A stretch of 64,000 nucleotides of DNA from Mobula hypostoma (GCF_963921235.1 NC_086097.1:37264001-37328000), one strand, 5' to 3'; shown: positions 47,701-60,659, numbered from the stretch's first letter. A program made the numbers and translations. The notes: generated from the sequence alone by a model not told the origin.

Positions 47701-49953
47701 CAATATGAAACAGGAGCAGTGGGAGGCAATGTACGAGGGGAATGTGCAAACTTGATGCAGATGGTGCCCAAGGTCAGGATTGAGCCCGGGTCTCTGGCTC
47801 TGCAAGGGCAGCAGCTCTACCACTGTGCCACCATTCAGCTCCAAACATTCAGAGGTTAACTTGTCACGTGTACATCACACCATACAGTGAAAAACGTTGT
47901 CTGGAATGTCCTGGAGGCAGTTTGCAAGAGTCGCCATATGCTTCTTGTGCCAACTTATTAACTCATTGACTAATCCGTGCATCTTTGGAGCGTAGGAAGG
48001 AATTGGAGCACCCAAAGGAAACAATGCGGTCATGGGTAGAATGTACAAATTCCTTACCAGCAGCAGTGGCAATGAAACCCCAATCTTCTGATTGCTGGCA
48101 CCATGAAGCGTTACGGTATCATGCCACTTTATTTGATTGTTTATTTGTATTCATTTTCAGTATTGCTTCTAACGCAGGTTACATTTCAGTTTTTTGTTTT
48201 ATAGAACATAGAACAGCACAGTACAGGCTCCTAGACCCATGGTGTTGTGCCCTTCCCTAATCAAATACTTTCTCATAGCATCTGCTCCTATCGCACCTAT
48301 CCCTGTCCAAAACTAGGCTGAAGGTCAGGGAGTTGTGGTCACTGTCTCCAAATTGCTCGTCCACCAATAATTTGGCACTTGACCAGGTTCACTAAACTAA
48401 CTTGCAGCAGTTCCTCAAAAATGCTTGCATCGTCTGTGCAATACGTGTCATGGATGACAGTAGCATTTGATGAAAGTGGATTTTCCTGTTATAGTACAGC
48501 CTTTGTTTGTGCTAAAATTGTGACAGCAGGGATTTAACCTGGCAAAAACAAAATTGTCAAGTATGATTGAGTGGGGTAGAAAGGATGCAACTATGGTATT
48601 GTATTGGGGGAAACATCTACAGAACAGCCACTAAATACACAGCCTCTGTGTTTATTTGTATTTCTACTGGCTTGGGGTTTTCAGTAGTTTCGAGTTCGCT
48701 ATGTCCTGCAGAAGTAAATGCAATGCTAATGTTGGAAAACATAATTAACAATTACTGTGTATAACAGTATGTCTTTTTAATGTGGAATGAAATAAACAAT
48801 AGATTTTAAACTGGTAAGTTTCTGCTTTTAACAATGCAATTGCATTCGGTAATTTTAAAAAGTTGATTGTAACCCAAACTTTTAAAATTTGTTTCTGGGA
48901 ATGCTTTGAATCATTTTATTGTTATTTTGTATATATGAGCATTTTATACTCCCGTCCAGTTTAGGGGAAAAAAAAAACTGATTATATAGAAATAATTATG
49001 GCAACAACATTGTACGTTCTCATAAATCAGTACAATGTTTACAGTTTAAATAGGGTGCCTCGTGTATATGTTTTTACAGTGGGTTGTTATTACGTGCACA
49101 CTTCAATATGATTTACGCTTTATCCTGTTTTACAGGAAACATTTTGATAACAAATACATCTGAGGGAGGAACATTCCTCAGTGGCACTGCAGCCAGTCTT
49201 CAGCAAGGTAAGGTTTTCTTGGCTGCCACACTCCCTCCAAATGCAGTGATGTGTGCATTACCTAATTCAGGACAGGCTGTACCTCCAGTCAAGCAAGAAA
49301 CAGTGGATGGGGGCCTAATCTTTTCACAATTGATGTCTGTGAATGGAAATAATCAATTGAATGTTAATACTTCTACTGGGAGTCAAGCTGTTTCAGCACT
49401 ACAAACTCAGTCGTCGCCTCTAGTAAACACAGGCCTTTCTCATAGCCTGCCTTTGACGACTTCAAATCTACTGAATACATCAAATACCTTAAGCTTCAGC
49501 CTCACAGTGAGTCTCCCACTGTCGACAACTGCATCTCTAAATTGTGATCAGCATTTGCCATCTACTGAAACAAATGTCGTTCCTGTGTCAATGGCCAACA
49601 ACGAGTATGCTACACTCCAGAACTGCAATCTGCTCTCACACTCCGGCCAAGAGACTGTAACAGAATCTAATACTGGAGCTTCTAACATGCGAGATAAACC
49701 CAGAAACCCCATTCCTGAGGAGGCACATGTATTCAGTAGTGGGCACGTGTCAGTACTTCACCCCCCTGTGAAAGAAAACTACTTGGTAGTCTTGGAGAAC
49801 AAACCTAGTAACCACCTGACAGTGATGGACTCTAAATCCAAATATGTTGTAAATGATGTAGTTAATAATGTCTGCAAAGAATTAGAAACGGAAGAAAAAG
49901 AACTAGCAAAACTTCAAAATGTTCCCATGGATGAAGATATCGGTGATTTATAA
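21796..49953 (+). CDS. SIX4: SIX homeobox 4, full spliced CDS: join(21796..22529,27644..28002,28117..28338,49136..49953), 710 aa
   Basis: Exon lengths 734+359+222+818=2133 nt are in frame with matching splice phases. Contains a SIX domain plus homeodomain followed by [15 protein letters not shown], and a C-terminus SKSKYV...[24 protein letters not shown] that matches my recollection of vertebrate SIX4 rather than SIX5. Confidence 0.93.
25752..26016 (+). mobile_element. V-domain SINE in SIX4 intron 1
   Basis: gcgtgggtttcctctgagtgctctgatttccttccatagtccaaagac V-domain and (TAAAA)n tail. Confidence 0.75.
27315..27400 (+). repeat. Diverged duplicate of part of SIX4 exon 2 (source 27710-27788) inside intron 1
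   Basis: gccactgtccaatccatctgaagaaatgaacc...catgcatcacatt aligns with exonic gccactatccaatccatctgaaggaatgaacc...catgcatcacatt, with a 7-nt insertion. Confidence 0.9.
27644..28002 (+). CDS. SIX4: SIX4 coding exon 2
   Basis: Acceptor tcttgttttacag|T completes AG+T=Ser, giving [13 protein letters not shown]...GILLNGNLV...SFIQGP. Donor AATG|GTAAGT, phase 1. Confidence 0.92.
28117..28338 (+). CDS. SIX4: SIX4 coding exon 3
   Basis: Acceptor gtactcttcccag|GC in the correct phase. Encodes [10 protein letters not shown]...[10 protein letters not shown]...[13 protein letters not shown]. Ends at a GC donor, CAAG|GCAAGT. Confidence 0.87.
30150..31270 (+). mobile_element. Old CR1 3' fragment interrupted by another repeat (about 30362-30735) and a hAT MITE
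   Basis: [24 protein letters not shown], then CR1 3' UTR-like sequence resumes after the inserts. Confidence 0.7.
31096..31174. mobile_element. hAT-type MITE (79 bp)
   Basis: TIRs CAGGGGTTCCCATCCT / AGGTTGGTAACCCTG. Same family as the 13332 and 60304 copies. Confidence 0.75.
31490..33761 (-). mobile_element. Relatively young 5'-truncated CR1 LINE (ORF2 RT) inserted in a V-SINE
   Basis: Long ORF pieces 32937..33815, 32223..32864 and 31593..32093 ([27 protein letters not shown]). (AGACCATA)n tail. GAATT duplicated at 31485-31489 and 33762-33766. SINE halves at about 31330-31489 and 33762-33832. Confidence 0.95.
34735..34933 (+). mobile_element. PLE pLTR/tail fragment with decayed hammerhead
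   Basis: cagtcctgccgaagactctcggctcgaaatgtcgactg...agatgctgcctgg...ccagcatctgcagatttcctc. Confidence 0.75.
35180..35365. repeat. Palindromic (head-to-head) pair of PLE tails
   Basis: ...gaataaacagttgacattt / gaaacgtcaactgtttattc... with arms extending about 85 nt each side (cacaatgctggaggaactc / gaattcctccagcattttgtg). Confidence 0.75.
35760..36067 (-). mobile_element. Rex1/Babar-type LINE fragment
   Basis: ORF 35734..35970: [37 protein letters not shown]. Confidence 0.8.
36808..38547 (-). mobile_element. Composite of nested CR1 fragments (continues at about 40250-40367 beyond the PLE)
   Basis: CR1 tails at about 36810 and 37692. [13 protein letters not shown] (37211..37438). ORF1-like piece at 37770-38160. 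RT-like sequence resumes at 38160 and after 40263. Confidence 0.8.
38659..38694 (-). ncRNA. Minimal type I hammerhead ribozyme motif in the inverted pLTR
   Basis: AGUC-CUGACGA-AGGGUCUCGGCCU-GAAA-CGUC-GACU. Confidence 0.72.
40153..40188 (+). ncRNA. Hammerhead motif with mutated stem III (GAAACAUC)
   Basis: agtc CTGACGA agggtctcggcct GAAA catc gact. The ACGU palindrome is broken. Confidence 0.5.
40512..40740 (+). mobile_element. V-domain SINE
   Basis: Same family as the 9428 copy (ggtgccacg...gagttcaattccggc...ggtttcttcccaccgtcca). Confidence 0.7.
41459..41849 (-). repeat. 3' LTR
   Basis: Direct repeat of 45927-46316, adjacent to the polypurine tract ggggggtggagggagtac (minus strand). Confidence 0.95.
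45927..46316 (-). repeat. 5' LTR
   Basis: Direct repeat of 41459-41849, about 10% diverged by manual count, mostly transitions. Confidence 0.95.
47290..48125 (-). mobile_element. Cluster of three V-domain SINE remnants (about 47290-47520, 47690-47830, 47860-48125)
   Basis: Reverse-complement V-domain (tgtggaaggaaactggatcacc...gaaacgcacgtggtca) with tRNA-like heads. Confidence 0.65.
49136..49953 (+). CDS. SIX4: SIX4 last coding exon
   Basis: Acceptor tcctgttttacag|GA completes Gly. Encodes [37 protein letters not shown], stop TAA at 49951-49953 (ORF 49084..49953). Confidence 0.94.
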
Positions 49954-52900
49954 CACTCTACACATATGCGGCTAACTTTTGCAGATTAAACTTTTCAATA
50001 GTTTCCGTCCTTGCATTTTAAGCCATCCTAATACAGAAGTGTTTTTGATAGCAAACTTTATGTGCTTCATAATTTAAAAAAAACTTGCAGATTGATTGAG
50101 ATAACTGAAGATTGTCTGTTACACATTTTTACTGGAGTCTTGAGAATTCTTAGTTTTAAGCTGGTATTTATTTTTCCAAAGTATAAAGATGGCAAAAAAA
50201 ACTCATCTAGTCAGTGGAATATAGTTTGGTTATTGTTTTCAAAGTACATGTCTAATATTATTATTTTTGAATCTTATCAGTTGTTTTATATGCATGGTTT
50301 GATATCAACCTGCCATCAGCAAATGTTAACACTATTTTCAGCATTTCCAATGCACTGTCCACAAACTGACACATATAATGGAAAAAAAAGCAGTTTGTTC
50401 CTCCTCAGACAAATGTTTAAAGAAATACTCTTCAAATGTAATTTATTCTCTGCATATTTTCAAACAGCTTTTTTAAAGACAGTACCAAAATCATATAGGA
50501 AACATTTTTGACATTTTTTAATATGACTATTAACTGACAATCAATATCAAAACTAGAACTATAACTAGAACTACCATGACAGTATAAAAACTTATCTTTA
50601 AATATCCTGGAGTCTAATAAAAACTGTGAAAATTGACAGGAAGTTTGCCTTTCCTGCTCACCAACCTGCCCAAAATACTAATGCAGGTGGGATGTGTAGT
50701 AAAGATGAATATCTCAAATTGGTACAATCCATGAAAAAAGCACTACAAGGAAACTTTATTTTTTATTAACTTTTATGTGCATGTGACTAGTTCAATTAAC
50801 TACTTGAATCTTGGCCAGGGATATCATGTTTTATGGTGTTTCTGTACATTGATTTGAGTCCCTTAACACATATTCACTGGGATTACTCAAAGCTGTCATA
50901 CTATTAATATCAAAATTAAAAGTAAAATGACTTTAATATCTTTGTGCTTTACAATGTACCCCTTTATCTCTTTTGTTCCAGTACAGTACCTTTCTGTTTC
51001 ATTGATGTGATGCACAACTGGCATCAAAATTCACTCCTAATTTGAGTCAATTCTGGCTCACTACCAGCATACAATCAGTGGCTGATTTATTAGGCATACC
51101 TGTTAGGTACACTAACATGATCTGCTGCTGTAGCCCATCCACTTCAAGGTTTGATAGGTTGTGTTTTTAGAGATGCTGTTCTGCACACCACTGCTGTAAC
51201 ATGTAGTTATCTGAATTACTGTCAGCGTGAACCAGTCTGACCATTCTCCTCTTACTTCTCTCAATCATTGAGGCATTTTCGCCCACAGAACTGTAAACTA
51301 GAGACTGTCAGATGTGAAAATCCCAGGAAATCAGAAATTTTGGAGATACTCAAATCACCCCATCAGACATTAACCATGGTTAAAGTTACTTAGATCACAC
51401 TTCATCCTCATTCTGATGTTTGGTCTGAACAACACTGAACCTCTTGACCATTTCATTTCTGTATTGAGTTGCTGCCATATGGTTGGCTGAGTAGGTATTT
51501 GCATTAACTAGCAGGTGTACCTTGTAAAATGGCCACTGACTCTATATTGGATTCTGTTGCATTTTAAGTCATTTTTTAACATTTTCAAACATTTGTCTTT
51601 GATTATACAGGGAGCTTAAATGTATAACCATATATAACAATCGATTACACACAGGTTAGCAAATAAATTGCACTGTTAGGTTGTAATTAATCAAGATTTC
51701 AGATTATGCCCACAATGGGGTTATGTTTTCATAGTTTATATTATCTTCCCCAGTCATTAACTGCTACAGCATTGCAGTTTTCCTGTCTGAAGTTAAGGTA
51801 GTCACAGAGCCAACAAGATAGGTCAAGGTATCACTCTTGTTGATTTGTAAGTCTTCAGTTATGTTAACAGCCAACAAAATGTAAATATAACATTTCTATA
51901 TCAGTAAAATAATACTGTAGGTATATACAGTGACATTAATCTTATGGTGAACACCTTCAGCTATGGTCAGCGAGTTTAATGAAATCCTTTTCAACTGTTT
52001 GAAATGCTGTTACTTTGCAACCTAACTACCATTCAGAGAAACACTTTAATTTATTATCAATTTCTACCAGGCAATCTAATCCCATTTCAAAAATTCAACA
52101 GGCATGGTACTAAATTCAATTGTAATTCATACTATTCAGTATGCATACTTGTTTCTTGCAAATTTAAACTTGGGAAAGTTTGTTGCTGTTAGATTTTTAA
52201 ATCTAAGAAATCAAATTGTTGGTACAGACCCTCATGTTTTCCAATTACTTGAACTTCTCCCCGAACCTGTGTGCCTTATGACGTTTTTAAAAAGTGTAAA
52301 CACATATTTTCTGTTTGTGAAATGGAAATTCTGTAACTCTTTATATATGCATTTTAAATTTATGCAAATATGTTCATTATCTTAATATGCCTTCTTGCAT
52401 TCAGTGCCTCTTTGGTTTTAAATATATTTCAAGAATGTTAGGCATCTGAAAACCTGTCTAACTCATTGAAAAAAGAAAAAAAAAACGATTGTTCTCCAAG
52501 CAGAATTGAATTGTAGTCAAGTATGATTTTTTTTTTGATATGTGAAGCCTGCCTGTATGTTGAGACAATCTTCATATTATTTGGATAAGCGTATTTTTAT
52601 ATGAGCATAAAAGTTTCCCAGAGGAAATGACAATGTCAGCAGGAGGTTTGAACAAAGATTTTAATGATGCTCACCTTAAGATTTGTTTTAAAATTTAAAA
52701 CCTCTTTCAAAGCATCAATTATTTTTTTAAAAATCCTTTCCAAAAAAGGACTGTTTTGCAGATAGTTTAAGGAGGAATCTTGGGAAAAAAAGACACTCCA
52801 TATTTCTTCTACGATAATAAGTATTGGGTTTGTGTACTCCAACATCAACATAACAGCTAGTAAAATAATATGGCCTGATTTACCGTAAATCCTCGTCACC

Positions 52901-53600
52901 TCTTTTCAATTCATCTTTTGAACTGCTGACCTTTGAACATGTAAGGTATGAGACAGTGCATTATTTATACTTTATATTTTTTTAACTCTTATTCTAAACG
53001 GTTCTTGCAAAATAACATTTTGATGATCCTTAAAATAATTATTGGGGTGTGAAGTGATGTGTATTACTGTGTCACCTCCTTATTTGACTGCACATGAAGA
53101 AAAGTAATGTCTTTTCGATATCTAGGAATTTGTTAGTTAATGTTTTGTAGCTTACTCTTGGGTACTAATTTAAAGGGAAGGTTTAATTAGCCATTGCAAG
53201 TTATATACTTTGATTTCAAGTCTGTTTTACTGTACGGTAGATTTGGCATGAAACTTTATAAACTTTTTAAATTGTATAAACATAGACATAATCAAACCAG
53301 TGTGAGGTATATGGATAGCTAAAACATCTATACTGCACTAACTTCTTGGTGATGGTACATTGAGCATGTATTCGTGTTTTGTGTTCACCCTTATTATACC
53401 AAAGATATTTTAAATGATAGTTTTGACATATAATCTGGTTTGTCTATACTGTTATATGACCTTTGTTTATATCCTGAAATGATTTGAACTTATTTTTCTA
53501 AACCCTATACTCAATGAACTTTATATTTATACATTTTGTATTGTCCTTTGTTTTAATTTATTGCATTTCATGAATGTTTTTGAACTTGTGTATGAATTCA
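49954..53600 (+). other. Probable long AT-rich 3' UTR of SIX4 (end not defined)
   Basis: Follows the stop codon, AT-rich and nearly TE-free apart from one Tc1 MITE. AATAAA at 50616-50621 and 51662-51667. Confidence 0.45.
51072..51542 (-). mobile_element. Tc1-like non-autonomous element in the putative 3' UTR
   Basis: TA-flanked degenerate TIRs caatcagtggctgatttattaggcatacctg / caggtgtaccttgtaaaatggccactgactc. Reverse complement of the 61930 copy. Confidence 0.75.
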
Positions 53601-55734
53601 GAACTTGGGTCAGGTTATTGGCTGGTTGATTTAACTTTTGCATAGCCAGCAATTATCATCATAGTAGCTTCCCATCTCATTTGTTAACATGACAACGAAA
53701 GACCTCCTTTCAGAGCAAGGTGGCATATACTTTGTCTTCAGGGCATGAAGGGTTAACGGGGAGAAGGCGGGAGATTGAGCTACAAGGGGCATGGATCAGC
53801 CATGATGAAATGGCGGAGCAGACTCGATGGGCCGAATGGCCTAATTCTGCACCTGTAGCTTATGGTCTTAAAACTTTGTTGTCATCAGAAACCTTGTGGT
53901 GTTTTCATTTGGGTTGGAAGCCCCAGCTATAGAGTACATTACCCACCCCTACAAATGTATAAATGTAGGTTGGTTTGTGGGTAGTCGGGATGAGCTAGAG
54001 CTTTTGCAGTGCAGCTTTCTTTGTGCTGCATCAAACAGTGGGCCATACACACTGCTGCTGGGTCTGCAGCAGTTGTAAAGCCTCACTCACCACTGGTGCA
54101 CTGGGGGTGATGTATGGAGCTACTGCTGTGATTTTAAGTTAACAGAACACCATGCAGGGATTGAATCAGATAGTTTGTCTCAGTATTGTACTAAATATTC
54201 AGCCACTGACCTGATGGTAATGAAGAGGAGAATTATTAAATCATTGTAGAACCGTGTTGTATCCAAAGCTATGAATATGTGATCTCTCTGATATCTTAAT
54301 TACGTAGTGAGATTGAATAAGCCAATTCTTTTGTAGTGGCTGTCACTTAGGTATGTTTAGGTTCTATTGAGGGGCGTTTCCCCCTCAGGAGCAAACTGCA
54401 GGAGTTTAACACACAGAGGAAGAAGTTGTTCCTTGTACACCATGACTTGCTGTTACTTTGCAGGTAATGGGGTAGTAGCTGATACAAAACCCTAAATTCC
54501 ATTAGAATTTGTTTTAGAGCTGACGGAAATGTCAGCTCAAGAGTCCGGTGCCTTTAAAATTTTCAATTACACAAAATATTGTTGGAATATTGTACTTCCC
54601 AGCACAATAACTTCCTTCATTCTCCAAAAAAGCACCAGAATCAACCTTGGATCTGTGAATAAATGCCTCTCTTCCCCTGATCTTCCAATATCAAAAATAT
54701 TCTGATACAGTATTTAGTTGGAAACTGTCACAACTCAGTGGCTTGTCTGGTTCCTGGCAAGTCAGGTGAAAACATTCTTTCCTTCTGTTGCAGAATGGTT
54801 TTCAGCTTCAGAGTCATAAAATGATAAGCTGATGAGCTGAGGTTAGGTGAGATGTTACATTTTGTGTATGAACCTAACCTCAATGAGGGAGTAGTCAGTC
54901 AGTTCCTAAAAATGCATTGATAATTAAAATATTTTAATAATATATGTGGTCTCCAATTCAGTCTGTTTGCATTATTAACAACAACTAGCTTGATATCTCA
55001 GGACTTGAGGAAACCCAGCAACTGAAAGGAAACGACTGGTTTGAGAGGAAGCTAAGAATGATTACCCTGATTGGAGAGAATGTGGCTGGTGTCTCTTACT
55101 TGGGGCTAATGTCTCAGATTAGGAGAAATTTCTTCACCTGACAGTATTGTGAATCTTTTAAATTATTTACCACGAAGGAAAAGTATATGCAAGAGATTAA
55201 TAAATTCTTGGATATCAAGGGAATTGCGGGGTAGCGAGTGAAAGTGAATTTGTGGTAGAAGATCACTCTTTATCTCACTGAATGTCAAATGTTACATTTA
55301 AATCACATAGCCAATTCCATTTTCTAGCAATCTTACATAAATGCTTCCAGCTCTGCCTGTGAGCTATGAAAACTCTGCACCATCCCCAGCCACGTCACCA
55401 ACCTGTGTCAGATTGTCTGCTCTAGATTGCTTCCTGGAATCCAAGCCTGTCAATCAGGCTGATTTCAGGTGGCGAACATGTTAAATCCAAGAAATGCAGA
55501 CTTATGTTTGAGCTCCAGTGCATGTGGGGGCCGCATGGATTTCTGCCTTTCCTGTTTGGAATCCCATATCCGTGCCTATGTAATCCATTTCTACCAACAG
55601 CCATCCCAAAAGCTTTTGAGATGGTTGCCCATTTTACAACTTTGTAAAAATAAACAAAGGACTCTCAGAAAGAACCTGTTCAGTGTCATTACACTGATAA
55701 ATAAGCTGGCTTTTATCACTACTTGCTTTCCATG

Positions 55735-56330
55735 AAGTTCTCACCTGCATCTCCTCCATTTCATGCATGTCTACCCTCCCCCCATGCTCTTCACCCCAAC
55801 GTAACAGGGATAAAGTCCCTCTTGTCTTCATTTACCACCCCACAAGCCCACAGCTCCAAGGGGATCGTACCATCAGACACCACTACTCTGCTTTCTGCAA
55901 GGATTACTCTGTCCCTTGTCCACTTGTCCTTCCTCACCTTTCTCCCTCTTGGCACTTAATTCTGCAACCATGCAAAGTTTTAGTCCTGCCCCTACATTTC
56001 CTCCCTCACCACCACTCAGAGCCCTAAGCAGCCCTTCCAGCTGAGACAGTGCTTCACCCACCGGCATCATTTACTGCATCCAGTGAGGCCTCCTCAACAT
56101 CAGTGACACCCGACACAGACTGAAGGACCACCTCGTCGAGCACCTTCTTTCAATACGCTACAACAGCCAGGATCTCCCATAGCCAACTATTTCAATTCCA
56201 CTTCCCATTCCCATACTGACACATCTGCCCACAGCATCCTCTTCTGCCACAATGAGGCCAAGCGCAGGATGGAGCAACAACTCCGGATGTTCCATCTTGG
56301 TAGTCTGCAAGCTGACAGTATCTAACTTTC
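55735..56330 (+). mobile_element. Degenerate Penelope-like element (GIY-YIG region)
   Basis: RNRDKVPLVFIYHPTS. Colinear with 39170-39850. Confidence 0.8.
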
Positions 56331-59300
56331 AGTGAATAGGACAGGTGTTATAGAAATGAAATTCTAAAATGTGATTGACAGCTTTCTAAAATTGAATATT
56401 ATGATGTGTCAACCATTTTACACACATTCTAATTATAATGTGCATTTTTAATTCACCGATCAGGCACACAGGTTATAATGCAAAGAATGTATTTGTGGTA
56501 GCATTCCTCACCATTCCGGTAACTGGGGTCAATACTGTCTTGGTGGAGTTTGCACATACCCCCATGAATGTGTGGGATTTCCTTTGCATATGCTGGTTAG
56601 CTCTTCCATTTGCAAGAGTTGCAGGTTGGTAGATTAATTAGCCACTGTAAATTGCTCTAATATAATTGGTGGGGGTGCTTGATGCATGGAAAATAACATG
56701 GGATTATTGTACATTGGGCTGAAGGCTCAGTATCTGTGTTGTATAACTATGAAAAGTAGAGAATGAATTGTTAAAGGCTATTCAGGTAATATTTCAATTG
56801 ACAGACAATTAAAGATTGGCAATTTTCATTTATTTTGGAGTTGTATAGTCTACAAACTTCATTACAGGTACTGAATTGGTAGAGGGACAAAGTACATACA
56901 AACACTTAATCTGGCTGATTTTTATATTGATGTGTCATTCTGAACAAGTGAAAAATTGGTACAAGATTTTATTTTTGACAGCTGTCCAAAGACAACTCAA
57001 CAAACTAGACAGGAGCACTCTGGCCCTACAGAATACTCAGCAACTGCTGTCACTTGCCCTGGGCCAACCCTGGTTTGCTTCTTTCCACTTTTAACACTTG
57101 CTTCCACCTTTTTTGCACAGTGGAGTTGCCTTCCTGTTCTGAGCTGCCACTTTACATTTGTGTCATGCTGACTTCTCACCAGCGCCATTCAAATGAGGGA
57201 TTGTCATTAAAAAAGATCAATCTTTCCCAATATACAATGATACTAGTCTCCAAAATACTTCCTTTATATGTGTTCAATATCAAAATAAACAACCAGCTCT
57301 AGTGTGAGATTTTTGTTTAATTTTTTCAATTAGAGATTGAAAACTGTAAAAGTGTGTTATCAATTACATTGGGCTAAAAGTTTCAATCCCTGCCTCCGTG
57401 CTGCCTAACCTCTTAAGCCTTGCTGTGTTACTGGCAATTTCCATGTTTTCTATCCCAGTTCCCCTGCCTGGGAGATGTCCCAAAGTGATTCAGAGTCTCC
57501 AGTGAGTTACACAGATGACTGGGGTTCTTGCTTTTCTTGTTTCATCTTAGTTCTCTTTGCCCCATAGTCAAGAGAGTACGAGGGAGTGGATGTGAGGACA
57601 GGCAGCACATTGGCCAGTGCTCTTTGGGACGGGAGGAGTTTTCCCAAGTATTTGGTAAGCAGGGAAAATATGTTTAAGAGTCTTGTTGAAAAGTTCATGC
57701 ATTCTTCCAAAGTCACAGTTATTCTTAAATGTAAACAGCAAATCTTACTTATTACAACACAAAAAGTGGTCTCGTGGCCCTCAGGACCATGCCAACTCCT
57801 AGCAGAGCAACCTCATCAGTCCCATTAACTCCACTTAAATTCTTTTGCTGCTTATCTTCACTGAGAGATCATCTATAGCCACCAACTAACCTAGCCCAAC
57901 ATGTTTTGGAGGGAACTAGAACACCCAGTGGAGGACATGTAAACACCACCCAGATTACCCATGGGCAGATCATTCGAACTCGGGTCCCCAGAACTGAGTG
58001 GCAATGGCAATAACTGCTGTAGCGCCATGTTGTCCTTGAAATACATAACTAGGTGGAGAACGTCATGATGATGTCTTATACTTGGTCATAAGGCTGTTTG
58101 GAAGCAGGCTAATCAGCCCACCTAGTCCATACTACCATCAGCCACCCATTTACACTGGCCCTTCCCTAATTCCATTGTCCATTCATTCTTTAATCTCCCT
58201 CCAAATTCTGCCATTCCATCTACACACTTGGGGCACTTTGCAGTGGCCAATTAAACCATCAACATACACGCAGGTGTTGGGCACAGCATTGTGGGCTGAA
58301 GGGCCTTTACTGTGCTGTAGGTTTTCTATGTTTCTGTGTCTTTGGGACATCGGAGGAAAGTGGAGCACCCTCAGAAAACCCACAAGATCACGAGGAGAAT
58401 AGCAACTTCCCACAGGCAGCACACAAAGTCCAGAATGAACCCGGGTCTTAGACACAATGAGATAACGGCTGGGCCAGCTACATCACTCAATAAAAGAGTC
58501 TTAAGTTCTTACAGTTTTACAATGACTTAAAACAGAAAATCCATTGACTTTAACTGAAGGTGCAGAGATGAATATGACCAGCCATTGATGGCATTGTATA
58601 TTTTACGGTACCTCTAGTGACCAATGTGTAACTTCTGCCCCGTTACCTCTTGGCAGTAAATGTATGGCAGAATGCATCATAAGAGATGAGCAATTTACAT
58701 CGGGAGATTTGAGAACAGGTCCACTTCCAGTGTGTGTGAGCTCTGTCACAACAGACATTCCTGTGACTCTCCAGATTTGCTTGTTGAAGGCTCTAGGAAC
58801 AGATATTGTTGCAGTGGCTGCTTTACCACAGTAGCAGCCTCAGCTTATGCCCTGAAGGATCGCAAGATTTGCTAAATGCAGAAGTTTCCATGTATATTAG
58901 ATCTGCCAGAAGAAAGATGATTTCTTCATGTCTCCAGAGTGCAGGGCTGCCTCCAGTTAAGGTCACTGCTCTGGCGTCCTTGCAGTTCTTCTAATAACTC
59001 ATCCCTCAGTTTCAGGGCTTCCTGCCAATAGTGGTGAGTGATTGCCCCTGGGGTTGATTAGTTTAGTCTAGCAAAGGGGTGGAGTGTTTCTAAAGGCCTT
59101 GATTAAGATGATGTGTATTGTACTGAAACCAAATATGGCAGAAGCCCTTATGTAAGCTGAAGAATCTTTCTAGGCAACTTAATGAATGCTGCAGGTAGCT
59201 AATTGATTTCATCATGTAAATATAATGAGGACAAGTTATTTCCAAAATAACCAGGCCCCACCTCAAAAATTTTCCTTCCTTTAATCAACCAGGAATCTTG

Positions 59301-60303
59301 CAGTGCAGTTAGGTAGCTAGAAATGTAACTCTTATTTAGTACATCATTCACACTGTTTTGGAAATGTAAGTACCAAAAGGAATAAATGACATTTATTTAT
59401 CATTCTCATAAAGATTAGGAAGTGAAATGCAAAACCACAGTCAAGCACACAAAATAAAAATTGGTTGGCTCTATAAACTGGTAGCCAATGCATAATTTTC
59501 TGGTAGGGCATGGACAATTCCATTGTTATCCAATTCCTTTAAAGTGATGCAGTAGCAGATCTGCTAATGTTCTGGATCTACTGGATAGAGCAGTCCACAA
59601 GGCAAAATTTTTTATTTCGTTCAGAACTGTATACTGTGTGATTATGGAGTTGATATACTCATAAGTGAAAGCAACATTCAGACCTGTAAATATACTGGCC
59701 ATTCATTTCAAGGGTAGAGATCATTTACAATTTCAGGCTTTAAAGAGACATATAGTAAGACCCAAAGAGAAGAGCACTCTTCTTCACACTCCTTTGCACT
59801 GGTATGCTTATAAAACTACTTCCTTCGACTTACTAAGGGATTTATTATTGGAGATAAACAAATGGAACATTTTGCAGAAAAATATTAAAAGAAATAAACC
59901 AAGTCTATTCTGTTTTTACTCACCTGGATCCCAAAAATCACCAACTTTTAATTATCCTTGGCTACCATTTACAACTTGTAAAATTGTTTAGATGTTAGTA
60001 GGCCATACATCAACTGTGCCATGCAAAGGTCAAAACATGGAAGCAGCTAAATTTCACAGCCATAGGAGATTAACTAGTGTAGGCAATAGCTGTAATCACC
60101 AAATAAACAAACAAATAAATAAATAAGTAATTTGCTGTATGCAAATGATTGAGTTTCCATCTCAAAATCCTATATAATTTTCCATCTTGAAGTTAGTTTT
60201 ATATATATCCTACTTTTGGAAGTGATCTTAAAATGTCACTATTCTGGAAGACAAGATGTATCAAGGCTTAAAAGTTCTGAAGAAGACATGAGAGGCTATG
60301 AAG

Positions 60304-60370
60304 CAGGGGGTCCATGGACCCCTTGCTTAATGGTATTGGTCCATGGCTTTAGAGAGTTTGGGAACCCCTG
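60304..60370. mobile_element. hAT-type MITE (small deletion)
   Basis: CAGGGG...GGGAACCCCTG. 8-bp TSD CTATGAAG/CTATAAAG. Confidence 0.75.
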
Positions 60371-60659
60371 CTATAAAGAGATATACGTATATTATGTGAG
60401 CATGCATTGATCTGAAAAATGAAGCAAACTGTTGGAAAAGTGTGAAATTGACTATTTTGGTAAAAAACAGGAAAAGGCATAATATGATTGGATACAGAGA
60501 TTGCACAGTTCTTAGATACACCTGCTGGCTGTATTGGTGAATGATTTGGAAATATCTAATACGTACTGAGGGAAGTTAATGGAAAGTTATCACGTATTAC
60601 TCAAAGAATTGAATACAACATTATGGAGGTGATTTATCAGTTATTTCAGGCACTGATAT

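Noticed and set aside
21796..49953. Assignment as SIX5 or as a pseudogene because of the stops after exon 2 and exon 3
   Set aside because: The post-homeodomain and C-terminal sequences are SIX4-type. All stops fall within introns that have good splice sites and consistent phases.
50062..50511. 149-aa ORF after the SIX4 stop
   Set aside because: GTG start, AT-rich low-information composition and no motif. Best explained as 3' UTR.
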